Source: Paragordius varius
Taxonomy: Eukaryota > Animalia > Nematomorpha
Direction of reading: 5' to 3'
Assembly (NCBI GenBank): GCA_964247055.1
Contig: OZ176053.1
Span: 4,588,001 to 4,652,000 of the forward strand
DNA: 64,000 nt
Within the stretch, counting starts at the first letter, position 1. Every line of letters begins with the position of its first letter. The position numbers and the translations under genes were made by a program. The notes beneath the pieces are model-generated. The model saw nothing but the letters and a program-made list of their open reading frames with translations. It did no database searches and was not told where the DNA came from. Below, in pieces: positions 27,350 through 40,185 of this stretch.

Positions 27350-28148
27350 TTTTTTGAGAGTTATAATGTAGTAACAACTATATGTTATTATAGCTATGTA
27401 TTAAAACCATACTGGTATTGTGATATATTTGTATATTTATCTTAAATATAATATATTTATTGTATATTCAATATATATATTTAAACAAATCAAATATTCT
27501 CAATAAATGACAATCTTTATATAACTAGCGATACAAGATACTTTAATTTTTTGCTAAAATTTACAATTTGTGGACGGAAGAGTAAAAACTCTTTGATTAT
27601 TGAAATCATTTTTCAATATAACTCAATATTATTTTAGGTCAATTATTTAATAAAAATTCAGTCGCTCCACATTTTACTATATGTATTGTTATAACAAAAT
27701 GGCATGAGATTTAATTACAGTATGAGTAAGTATATATTGCTAGAAAGTTATTAATTATTGCGAAAAAGCCTATACAACAAAGAGCAGTATTATTGGCTTA
27801 TAGTTATTTTTTTCACATTTTATTATTATTTATTAATAATTCCTTGTTGCTTATGCTATTTGGCAATAATTAATAAATTTCTAGCAATATATACATGCTC
27901 ATACTGTATTTACGCCGTTTCCGACCTGCTTCAATATGCCTAAAACACTTTATAGTTAATATTTTAACCATATGCCTTTTATCAAAAATAGATCATCGAT
28001 CGGCCTTTTTTTATAAACAAATTAAATGCAAGCTGGTAATGTTTTTATAGTAAATTTCTAATATAAGAAAAATTTATTTATTAGTTTCAACGAAAAATTT
28101 AAAATTATGCACTAAATTTCCGATTTTGATTAGGTAATTATTACTTAA

Positions 28149-28700
28149 CATTTGGATACAACATATTCATTTCAGTCTTTCGATTCAAATTGGGATCGGT
28201 AGAGACTCCATGCCAGTTTAAAATTAAATATTTTAAAAAAATATGGAATGAATCGAAACCATGGCAAAAGTTTGCATTTATGTAGCATTAATGACCGAAT
28301 TATAAAAAAAATCATTTAAAAATACTTGATATTACTTATAAAGTAACACCCAAAGGTAAAATTTGAGTCAACATTACATGTGTGCATTAGCTAAATTTAA
28401 AATTAATACAAAATAAACCACTTTTTCTTTTTTTATCAATGTTAGATGTGATTCAAATAAAAAATTAGATTTAATTTAGCTTTAAAGTTAAATAAACACG
28501 ATATTTTGCAAAATGTCGTAAAATAAGCGTCGAAGTACTTTGATATTTTTTTAATATATTTTACTTAGATATTTTGGCTTTACCTAATTTTTACTTGGAT
28601 AGGATCATGAATATAATGAAAAAGCTTATCTTGCAGAGTTTTTTTAAATATCAACTTAATTATAGATGGGGCATTTAGATCCCCCTTTATGTCGAAGTAA
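28149..28700 (-). mobile_element. piggyBac-like MITE family B, decayed reverse copy
   Basis: TTAA|CATTTGGATACAACATATTCATTTCAGTCTTTCGATTCAAATTGGG at the left; a decayed GGGGCATTTAGATCCCCC..TCGAAG at about 28670-28700. Confidence 0.65.
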
Positions 28701-28809
28701 ATGGCACTTTATTTTTCGGATAATCGTAACCCGGATTTTGTGAATTATAATTTAAAAATATATTAATGCTCTTTTAAACAATTAACATTACAAATAATTT
28801 TTATAAAAT

Positions 28810-30095
28810 ACAAGGGCCTAATTAAAGGGTACTTGAATAAAACCGCTCTACTCAAATTTTTGTGTTTTTACGGGCAATATTTCAAGCCCTTATCGAACTC
28901 ATATGGCATGATAAGTTTTCTAAAATTTGCCTCCAAAGTCACGCTGTATTGATATGGTGGCGCAGTTGTTGGCGGGTAGCCCCCTACGCAGAAGCCAATA
29001 TAAAAAAGAAATTCGAAATTTTTTTTTGCCTTTATAGGGGTTAGAATCATCATTCATTAATATTTTTTGGAAGAATGGCTTTAAAACTAAATAATAGTTC
29101 AATGTTAGCGCATTTTTTAGGGCGTAAAGGGCATGGTTAACGGCTTATTTAAAAAACCGCTCGACTTAAATTTTTGCCTTTTTACGGGTAATTTCAGGCC
29201 TTTATTAAACTTATGTGGCCTGATAAATTTTCTGAAAAATTAACTCCTAAACAACGCGATTTCGATATGGTGGCTCAGTTTTAGGCAGGTAGACCCAGAG
29301 ACTGATACAAAAAAGCGCTTGATTTAATTTCTTGCCTTTTTACGGAGAATACCTGGAATCATGATTGATTCATATGCTCTCATTAGTTTTTAGAATGCCT
29401 CAAAACTAAAAAATCAATCTATGGTGGCGGATTTTTCAGGGAGTTAAGGGCCTATATAACGGCTAATTTAAAAAACCGTACGACCTAAATTTTTCCTTGT
29501 TACGGGTAATATTTTAAGCACCTATTGAACTCATATGACCTGAGAGGTTTTCAGAAATTTAGCCCGAAAGGCACCCTATTTCGATATGATGGGGCAGTTT
29601 TCAGTGGGTATACCTTACCCAGCAGTCAATATAAAAAACTAAAATATTTATCTTTTAACAGGAAATACCGGCTCATTGAATTACGGTGTCATACCTGGGG
29701 TAAATTATAGATTAAAAAAATATTTTTGTGGACTTGGTTTTTTTGAAAAAAATGGCATTTTACGGGGGAAGCGGGTAAAAAGAAGGCCTAATTTAAAAAA
29801 GCGAGCCAACTATGTTCTGCGCAAATAAAAAAGGTAAAACAATCATATTTGAAATCGAATGGTCCAACACGTTTTTCGGGAAATTGTCTCAAAGACACGA
29901 TTTTTATGGACTTGTGTTTTCAAAAAAAACCCGTTTTTTACACGGGGTGGGCCCGAACTGGGGGCCTAATTTAAAAAAGGACGTCTTGGGGCATTCATTA
30001 ATGATTATATTTTTTCATTTGGATTTGAATGGGTCTACCGGTTTTCCGAAAACAGATCACAAAGCCAGCATTTTCCATTTTTATAAATATATAGA
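28810..30095 (-). mobile_element. Non-autonomous Helitron, copy 3 (3'-truncated, with three internal units of about 300 bp)
   Basis: 5' terminus TCTATATATTTATAAAAATGG at 30095 on the minus strand. The body matches copies 1 and 2. No hairpin or CTAG at the left end. Confidence 0.8.
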
Positions 30096-31229
30096 TAAAG
30101 CGTATTTTAACATTTTAAAGTATAAACATTTAATACTATAAAAGTTACTCAAAAAGCATTTTATGATTTTTCTTTTAAGGTGCCGAGCGAATTCGGGTTA
30201 ATCCTATGTTATTAAAAAAGAGCCATAAACTAAGCGTTATGAGAAAATACTGAAATTTTTCATTTTTTTTAAACTCTCATAAACAATTTTTTTACTGAAT
30301 TTTTTGCCAGCGTATATTTGATTCCTTCATTTTATATCATTTTACTGTTAAAATGTTGTAATTAAATGAAACAGAGGCTCATAAATATATGAATTTAATT
30401 TTAATCTAATGATTAGCAAAGTTGTAGCCATTTTAATTAATATATTAGTTTATAACAAAATTTTATAATAACAGATGACTTAAAATCAGTTCTTTGATTT
30501 TTTCCAAAAGGCAACGTGATCTCACATTTTTTCGGATTCTTAATAAAATATCAAAATTAGAAACCTCCATCTTTTCATTAAAATACAGTAACTTTATATT
30601 GGTGTGCTAACCACTACAATTGACTTTAACGGACGTTATGAGTGGAAAACTTTTCATGAGCGATAAATTGAACTAACCATACTCGCTTAGGATAATTATT
30701 TGACAAAGAAAAATAATATTAAAAAGCAAATTATATTCTCTATTCCGATCAATAAACCTTTATATCTAAAAACTCTGTTATCGTTATATTAATTTATAAC
30801 ACTAGAAACTTCGATAATTTTAAGTAAATTGTTATACGCATAGTTCTATTGGTTTTTTGACATTTAATATTAAAAAATGCAGAAAAATATTATCGAAGAA
30901 GTCAACCCAAAACCGATACTAGATACCATCTATAAACTTAATTTTTGCTAATATATATAATTTTATTGATTTATAATTCTAATTAATTGGATATACCTTT
31001 TCTGCCAATCCATAATTGATATAATTTAAAGGTTTCTACTCAAACCTTACCGCTACCTTATATGCTTGTTGATGATTTGAAAGGTAAAATATCATCAAAT
31101 AAAAAGCATTAAAAATTTGAATTATCAAAAATATCTGTAGTTTTACAAGGGTTTATTCATTTAATATTTCTTCTTAATTTAAATATGCGCTTTTAGTTCA
31201 TAACCTGATTATTGATGAACGCATAACAT

Positions 31230-31900
31230 ATCGGTTTTCAATATGGCGTACCACCTATAAACACACTCAAAAAATGCAGGTTTTCATAAATAAATGCCTT
31301 CGACGCACCACTGGCGACACATACGCGCCGTCAAAAAATTCGAAACTACCCGGCTGCTACCTCCACAAAAAAACAATGATGCTCCCTAAAGACTGGCCAT
31401 CCCTCTAGCTGGTCTGAACATAATGGCCCACCGAATTCGGCATAACTCTAGGAACCCTCTGTGAGAAGCATTGGAATGGAAGGTCGATAACGCGCATTGG
31501 AAATACAAACGATCATGGTATGGAAGAATTGCACTGTTCATGAATCGCACGAGATTATCCGATGATAGATTCATTGATGCAGTGAGTAGGACCCGGAAAC
31601 CTCTCAGTGGTAAAATAAAGAATGAACTCATCGAGGAAGAAATCATGTTATATAAAGACAAAAGAGAATGAAAGCGCCTGCGGCGCCTGGAATGAGCTAG
31701 AGCACGAAGACGTGAGGCTAGAGGAAAGGCAGCCAACAGAGAATCCTGACAATTATTCATACCCCAGATATTGATCTTAAGGATAAGCCTACAAGGAGTG
31801 ACAACCTACACCCAGATATGATGATATCTGGATGAGTAACACACTAATGACACTATTTACCGCTTGAACAAATATGCTATCATTACAGGTATTAATATGC
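31230..31900 (+). mobile_element. 3' fragment of an RTE-clade non-LTR retrotransposon (pseudogenised ORF2 C-terminus)
   Basis: KMQVFINKCLRR (cf. RTE KLQVFINKCLRRIL), then MAHRIRHNSRNPL*EALEWK and YKDKRE*KRL (cf. A.DR..W..L), with stops and a frameshift. GC is locally higher. Confidence 0.7.
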
Positions 31901-32014
31901 ACATAGGGTATAACATATAGAATATAGAACTAACTCTTATAAGTTCTTGCATAAGGCTAAGTTTGATATTAAATCACAATTTTATTTCTTCTATTGGGCT
32001 TAGTTACATCTTAA

Positions 32015-32599
32015 CACTTCGATTCAAATTGGGGTATCTAAATACCCCACACTAAATTTGAGTTAGGATTTTTAAAAAACTACTGAAAGTAACGGTCCCA
32101 ATTTATATTTATGCTTCTATCCTAATAAAAATTATATAAATAAGCCAAAATATCTAAATAAAATTTGGTTTTGAAAAAAAAATTTCATATCAAACTACTT
32201 CGACGCCATTTTTATTTTACAAAATTTTTGCAAAATATCGTCGTCATTTAATTTAAAGGGTAAAATTAAAGCTAATTTTATATTAAATTACATCTAACAT
32301 TGATAGAAATAAAAATAGAAAAAGCGGTTTATTTTGTATTATTTTTCAATTTTACCATTGCAGACATGTAACGGCTAAATTTTTATATTTCAGTTGTAGC
32401 TTAAAATTAGTAATATCAAATATTTTTAATTAAATTTTTTTTATATATTTCGGTTTATTAATGTTATATAAGTGCAAAATTTTGCCATGGTTTTGATTCC
32501 TTCCATATTTTTTAAAGACATTAATTTTAAAAAGGTCTGGGGTATTTAACTATCCCAATTTGAATCGAAGGATTAAAATGAATGTGTTGTATCCAAGTG
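32015..32599 (+). mobile_element. piggyBac-like TTAA MITE family B, full copy (585 bp)
   Basis: Flanked by TTAA on both sides (32011-14 and 32600-03). Terminal CACTT/AAGTG plus the subterminal inverted repeat TTCGATTCAAATTGGG.TA. Confidence 0.88.
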
Positions 32600-35500
32600 T
32601 TAAGATATCTAAGCAATCTAAATTTATTCTCTATCATATATGCAAACTTAGATTCTTTACCAAAAATGTAAACATAATTAATTAAATGTCTATATCTATA
32701 ACGTATCATTATATCCTTAAATGTAACCCCACCTTCAACGCAAAATGACGGCTGTCACTGAACCACCATGTATGGAAAAACAGCAAGGGACATCTTTTTG
32801 GACAGTGGCGACGTGGGTCTGCTACACCCTTTTCTTGATACACCTTGATAGTTATTAATATCAAACCGGTTATACCCCTGTGTCACGAACACCCTCTTTG
32901 TATATCCGTGTATATATTAGTTTAAAAAATTATGTTTATTTTGCATAAACTTTTCAGATTATTTTTTATAAATTATGAAAAAAACAGAATTCAAATTTTA
33001 CACGAGAAATTTTAAGAGTCATAGATTAATAGCCAAAATACGTGAGCCTTACAAATTTGTTACTCTTAATAATATCTGGCTATATAGTGATATTCTGTTT
33101 TTGTTGATGAATGCAATTAATGGATAATAATTTATAGGTAAACCAACACCAATATTTAAAAAAATTTAATCGTCTTCCTTTTTTACTTTAATGCCAGCAA
33201 GCTGCCCATGGATAAAAGATTGCATTAGTGTTTTATTTGAAATAAATGAGTTATTTGGCCTACTCTAATGCTCTGGAATTTGATATAAGTCGATACTTCA
33301 AGGTTGTTGTTTGTTACAAGTTGTTAAAATTGATTAAACCACTTTTTTTTACAAGTCTCTTGATCGTTTCATGGCCTCCTTGTTATCAGCTAAAATATCT
33401 TTTACATGATAATCGAATAATTATGGGGACATGACACAGTGACAATCACCGTTGTCTGTTTTTATTTACAAAGTTTTTAGCTTTCGTCATTTCACTCTTT
33501 TGTATGTATAATGGTACTTTTAGTCGGGCCTTACTATAAGCTATTTATGCTTTTCTGTAAATAGCTTCATATTTAAAAATCGTAAAATTAGAGAAAATTA
33601 TGGTAGATAATTTATTTGTGAAAGCTATATGCTTTATTCGAACATTATAAATAAAAAAAGTAATATTAATACTAAATTTTAATTTAAAAATATATCCCTT
33701 ACAAATTTTTGGACCCAGCTAAAATGGTCTGTTTTAAAATAAAAAACGTGCTGAGATTGCGCGATAACAATTTTGATGCCAAATGACATCAAAATATATT
33801 ATCAAAAAATGCATACATTGCTTAAAAACATGTCAGTAATTTTTTAAAATGAATTCGCTTTTTAAAGGTTGGATATGGTATCGCAACATTTTGAATTATA
33901 ACAACTCTTTTCGATGATGTTAGCATTTTATATCACCTTTAAAATTAATATAAAAATACGTTCATCTTTTTTTACAAAAATTTGAAAGCAAACAAACCTT
34001 ATAATTATTTGAGGTGATATAAATGTTAAGCATCATCGGCTTATATAGAAAATTTTTTAAAAAGCGTTTTATACCGTTTCCACCATTCTTCCAAATACCA
34101 CTAAGTACTCTACCACAAAATTTCGCCAAATTTTATTTGACTTTTTAATATCTTACCAGTGCGCATAAAAAACATCCTAATAAAACATATATATTATGTC
34201 AGATAAATGTATAAAAATTCTCATGGTGAATTTGGTTTCCTCACCAGATTATAAAAGATATAAACACGTTTCCGGTATCTGCTCTATATTAAAAAATGGC
34301 GAATTTCCCGAATATTTTGGTAATATTTTTTTATGGTGGAAGCTAAATGCTTCATTTAAAATATTATATAAAAAGCATAACAAATTTAAAAAATTTTAGA
34401 TGTGGGCGCCAAGTCCCAAAAGTTTTTGCCCAGATGCAAAATGCCGAGTTTTTTCGATATATTTATTAATATATGGTAGCTAGATTATGGGGAAAATGTA
34501 ATTTTTAAAAAATATATAGTTAGTTCAAAATTTAATGTTTAGCAAAATTTTATTGACACACTTTATACTATATTGAGGCATGATGGTAACGGTTTTAAAC
34601 GCTTTAAGATATTACACTTTACTATATAATTCAATGATGCCGAACGTTTTTATCACCTCACAATTTCATAAAATATTTCGTTCGCCTTCAATATGGTAAA
34701 TATAAATTGTTTTTTAAGAAACCACAATTTTAAGAAATTTTTGAGAATCCAATTTTTTTTGCGGTTACGGAATTAATATATTAAGAATATTTTTATGTGC
34801 CATGTTATTTAATATTAGCAGAGTTTTTCTATAAATTTATCCTCTTTTGTATCCACCCAATCAATAGATTAATTAGCCAAAAATTATCAAATTAACAATT
34901 TATAGCATTAACAAAGGTTTGAATTACATATAAAACCTAAATTTTGTATATAAATAGTTTCCAAAATAATTTTATCCATATTTTTAAATCTGTCAAGTGT
35001 GCCCTACACCACACTTGCAAAATCTTTAAGTTTTACTTGAACATATGATTTATTATCACCTCCTTATCAAGTTTTCTTGCTTGACTTAAGTCGTGTAATG
35101 TTAAATTTTTTTTATCACATGAAAGCAAGCCATGACTTGAAAAACTTGCAAGTCAAGTCAAAAAAATTTTTTATCACCCGACGCAATGTTTAGCATTATC
35201 GAATTATACATTAAGAAAGGCTGCTTAAAATTTTAAAGTGCATTTATACCATTCCCACCATGCTTAAAAATACATAAAACTCGTTTAACCAAAATTTTGT
35301 AATAAATTAAAATTTTAAGCGATACACCCAGGAAAAAACTTTTTCTATATAAACATTTGGCATATATTTAAAATTTTCACTCAATCTCGGCCCTTACGTC
35401 CTTATTTTAAAAGATGTCTATGAACGGGTCCCAAAATCTTAGACGCTCGGAGCACACATCTAAAATCCAAAATTAATTAAGCTATTGTTTTGCTTTTTAT

Positions 35501-35912
35501 TTTGGGTTTATGATAGATATATTTTAGTGAGATTTTTTAGCTTTCATCAAAATATTTTATTTAACAGAATTTGCATAAATTTTGCCATTTTGTGAATAGA
35601 AAAGTACCCGCCCAATTGCAAAATACTTTCTCAAATGACTGGTAAGAGCTAAAAGTAACGGCATCATCAACATATACATTTTCCTATCAGAATATTTGCA
35701 TTAAATATATATATTTATATATATATATATATATATATCCACATAATTTATGGACACTGTGTAATATTTTATTTATTTTTTCGGCACAAAGTTATATATC
35801 ATTTTCTTGTTGCATATCTTTTTTGATAGTCAATTTTTGTTGGAGGTATTGCGTGTGGAAACTTTTGTTCATAAGTAATGATCGTACATTCATACAACAT
35901 TTGATCCAAAAA

Positions 35913-38900
35913 ATGAGTAGCGGTTTGAAGAAAAAAACTCTTTTGAAAGTGATTATTTTAGGGGATAGTGGGTATGCTTAAGTTATATATGTATAGGGTT
36001 GGAAAAACATCATTAATGAATCAGTATGTGAATAGAAAATTTAGCAATCAATATAAAGCAACTATTGGAGCCGATTTCTTAACCAAAGAAATAGTTATTG
36101 ATAACAAACCCGTAACTTTACAGGTAGATGTTTATTACAATAATAATTGAGAAAAAAATTGAAGAAATATTTATATTATAGATATGGGATACAGCCGGCC
36201 AAGAAAGGTTTCAGAGCTTAGGGGTTGCTTTTTACCGCGGTGCCGATTGTTGTGTATTAGTGTTTGATGTGACATCTCCTACTTCCTTTAAATCGCTTGA
36301 GAGTTGGAGAGATGAATTTCTAATACAAGCCAGCCCACCAGATGCTCAAAATTTCCCATTTGTAGTACTCGGAAACAAAATTGATTTGGAGAATAGAGCG
36401 GTATTTTTTTGATATGATAAATTTAAATATGGTTCCTTAAATAATTTTGTATTTAAATAAGGCTCCTTAAATAATTTTGTTTATGTAGGAAACGATTTCT
36501 TTGTATTGTTTTTATATTTAACTATTATAATATGTTCTGTTTTTTAAGGATAAAAAGTTCCAAAGTTATAAGTCATATTAATATGCATTTTATTATAATA
36601 ATAGTAATTAAAATTTAAAAGTGGTCGAACTTTATAATATGTAAAAAATAATTTTATAAAATTAGGTTTAAAAATATGATGATATGAAAACAATATTTTA
36701 TATGAGTAAATTTATTAACTTATATAATTTATCATTTTAGATTATTTAAAATATGCCGGTTTATTCATATTATTTAAAAAAATTGTTATGACTCATCAAT
36801 AAATTAACTTTTGCCAACAAACCCTTTTTTGACGCACACAAAAAATAATCTTTTATACAACAGCATTCTAACCTTTTTACTGCGGACTTTTTTTGTAAGT
36901 TGACCCTTTTTTGTGCAAAATAAAGATATGTGACTTTACCTACTCTATGCTATAATTATAAAATAAAATGAATTTTCGACATTATTTTTGCTTAAATTTT
37001 TAGTTATATTAAAAACACTTTTAAAAGTTCGAATGCTGGAATTGGCCTAAATAGAAGAATTCTTTTGAATTTATTTTTCACTAGCGTGGATCTCGTGCTG
37101 CTACGCAGCCCGAGGAAGTCCTTCGGACTTCTGGGGGGGGGGGGGGGGAGGGGGGTTCGAAGTTTGGATTTGAATGGGTCTACCGGTTTTCCTGTACCAG
37201 ATAGCAAAGCCAGCATTTTCCATTTTTATAAATATATAGATTACCATAAATAATGTATTAATATCCATATATCTTTTAACATGCTATACATATGATAGAT
37301 ACTCCTTACTCAGCAGCTATCATCAAAGAAACGCTTGACCAAAATTTTTGCCTTTTAACAGGCAATACGAAAAATCTTTCTCAAATTTTTACAGTCTCAT
37401 ACCGTGGGCAAAAAAATACAATCAAAAAAATATTTTTGTGGACTTTGTTTTTTTTTGAAAAAAATGGCATTTTACGGGGGTAGCGGGTAAAAAGAGGGCC
37501 TAAATCAAAAAAGTGACTCGACTATGTTCGGCGCAATCGAAAATAAGTAAACAAAAATCATATTTGAAATTGAATGGTCCAACACGTTCTCCAAAAAATT
37601 GACTTAACCCATTTTTCACACGGGGTGGGCCCGAACTGGGGACCTAATTCAAAAAAAGGGCGAAGCTATTGTCGGGACATTTATTAATGATTATATTTTT
37701 TCGATATTTGGATTTGATTGGGTCTACCGGTTTTCCTGTACCAGATCACAAAGCCAGCATTTTCCATTTTTATAAATATATAGATGAGGATAAATAATGT
37801 ATTAATATCCATATATCTTTTAACATGCTATACATATGATAGATACTCCTTACTCAGCAGCTATCATCAAAGAAACGCTTGACCAAAATTTTTGCCTTTT
37901 AACAGGCAATACGAAAAATCTTTCTCGAATTTTTACAGTCTCATACCGTGGGCAAAAAAATACAATCAAAAAAATATTTTTGTGGACTTTGTTTTTTTTG
38001 AAAAAAATGGCATTTTACGGGGGTAGCGGGTAAAAAGAGGGCCTAAATCAAAAAAGTGACTCGACTATGTTCGGCGCAATCGAAAATAAGTAAACAAAAA
38101 TCATATTTGAAATTGAATGGTCCAACACGTTCTCCAAAAAATTGACTTAACCCATTTTTCACACGGGGTGGGCCCGAACTGGGGACCTAATTCCAAAAAA
38201 GGGCGAAGCTATTGTCGGGGCATTCATTAATGATTATATTTTTTCGATGTTTGGATTTGAATGGGTTCACCGGTTTTCCGGAAACAGATCACAAAGTTAT
38301 ATGAAAAATCAGTTTTTAGCGGGTAGCTCCTTACCCAGCAGCTATCATCAAATTAACGGTGGACTAAAATTTTGCCTTTTAACAGGGAATACGTGGAATC
38401 TTTATTGAATTTTTAAGGTCTCATACCTAGGACGAAAAATCGATTTAAAAAATTATTTTTGTGGACTTTGTTTTATGAAAAAAATGGCATTTTACGGGGG
38501 GAGCGGGTAAAAAGAGGGCCTAAATCAAAAAAGTGGCTCGACTATGTTCGGCGCAATCGAAAATAAGTAAACAAAAATCATATTTGAAATTGAATGGTCC
38601 AACACGTTCTCCGGAAAATTGTCTCAAAAACACGATTTTGTGGACTTCTGTTTTCAAAAAAAAACCGTTTTTCATACGGGGTGGGCCCGAACTGGGGGCC
38701 TATTTCAAAAAAAGGGCGAAGCTATTGTCGGGACATTTATTAATGATTATATTTTTTCGATATTTGGATTTGATTGGGTCTACCGGTTTTCCTGTACCAG
38801 ATCACAAAGCCAGCATTTTCCATTTTTATAAATATATAGATTACCCACATCATTTAAATTTTGCCATCCTAATAACGTTCATAAATATATAGTAGTAATT

Positions 38901-39609
38901 ATCATTTTTTAACGTCAAAATAGATATTTGATGATTTTTTTCCCTTTGATCGCAGAACATTTTTGTGCGATTGGCGAAAAAAGTTTTATTTACCTTTTTA
39001 CCGACCAATAATTATTAAGAAAGTATTTGAATTTAAAAAATGACTTATTTTCTTCCGCGTTCGCTACAAGAGGTTTGACTATATTCTTGTTTAAGCCTGA
39101 TTTCAAATGTTACTTTGTTTCCAGATGAGACATAAGTTTTTTGAATTATATGTGCAGTAAAAATATATTATTTTTGTTCGCAAATAATCGGTTCATTTAT
39201 GATAATGATTGACTATTTATCTAAACATATCTTGCACTTAGTTATACTCCATATGTACTATTCTTTTTTGCTTAAGATCCCACTCAAAAAAGCTCAGGCT
39301 TGGTGTAACTCCAAAAATAATATCCCTTACTTTGAAACAAGTGCAAAATCAAGCACAAACGTTGATGATGCATTTTTAACCGTTTCTGGATCTGCTCTGG
39401 CCCGTGAAATTCGCTCCACGGCTGACATTTTTAGCTATAACTCAGGTCTGGGGGGTTATAGCGGCTTATCCAATAATCAAAATGCCCAAAAAACTTTAAT
39501 TGATGGCAGCTCAGGATCTAATCCTATTATTAAATTGGGTGAGAATACTAATAATATGAGTAGTGGTACAAATCAATCTCCTTTCAAAAAAATTTGTTCA
39601 TCTTGTTAA
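35913..39609 (+). CDS. RAB7: Ras-related protein Rab-7, 4 exons, 245 aa
   Basis: Exons 35913-35971, 35997-36123, 36182-36400, 39277-39609. Motifs [80 protein letters not shown] and YFETSAK. Confidence 0.97.
37081..38840 (-). mobile_element. Helitron composite in Rab7 intron 3: a 160-bp mini-Helitron (37081-37240) plus three tandem body units with 5' termini at 37784 and 38840
   Basis: CTAG at 37081-84, hairpin, G-run, and TC 5' ends at 37240, 37784 and 38840. A near-identical duplication with 544-bp period gives the twin ORFs at 37292 and 37836. Confidence 0.9.
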
Positions 39610-40185
39610 TCACTTATTTATTTTATTTAAAATATTTTTGGGGCAAAATCATACAAGAATTATGTATAAATTGTTGCACATATAAAAACAGAAAGTTTTA
39701 ATAATTATGTCATTTATCAACAATCTAATATATAGGACTTTTTTATTTATACCATAAATGCAAGATAAATATACATACACTAATATCGATATATAAATCA
39801 TTTTTTATTTCAAATTAATATTACTAAACAATCAATATCTTATATTGCTTATTAACATTTTTAATGACCATTACATACCCATACATATCATATAACTGGC
39901 ATTATTGGTGATATAAATGAAAATTATATATTCCAAAATGTCTATTTCTATAAATATACATATATCAATAAATTTTATTAATATAAATAAAATAGGTGAA
40001 TTATAACCGTAGTTTTTAAACACATAAAAACCACTCTATTAGATGAGCGATAAATACAAAACCAAAGATATGAAGAAATAGCATAAAATTGCAATTATTT
40101 TAGGTAAGAATGAATTACACAAAAAGTTTAAAATATATAGTGCATTCAAAATAGCATTTTCAAAATTCCATTTGTAAATTATCAA

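Noticed and set aside
32769-32849. MYGKTARDIFLDS resembles the start of GINS subunit Psf1
   Set aside because: A stop follows after 26 codons and I could not build downstream exons matching Psf1, so it is probably chance.
37246-38840. Regularly repeated units that might suggest a CRISPR array
   Set aside because: The units are about 544 bp with no unique spacers, no cas genes are present, and the context is a eukaryotic intron. It is a Helitron tandem.
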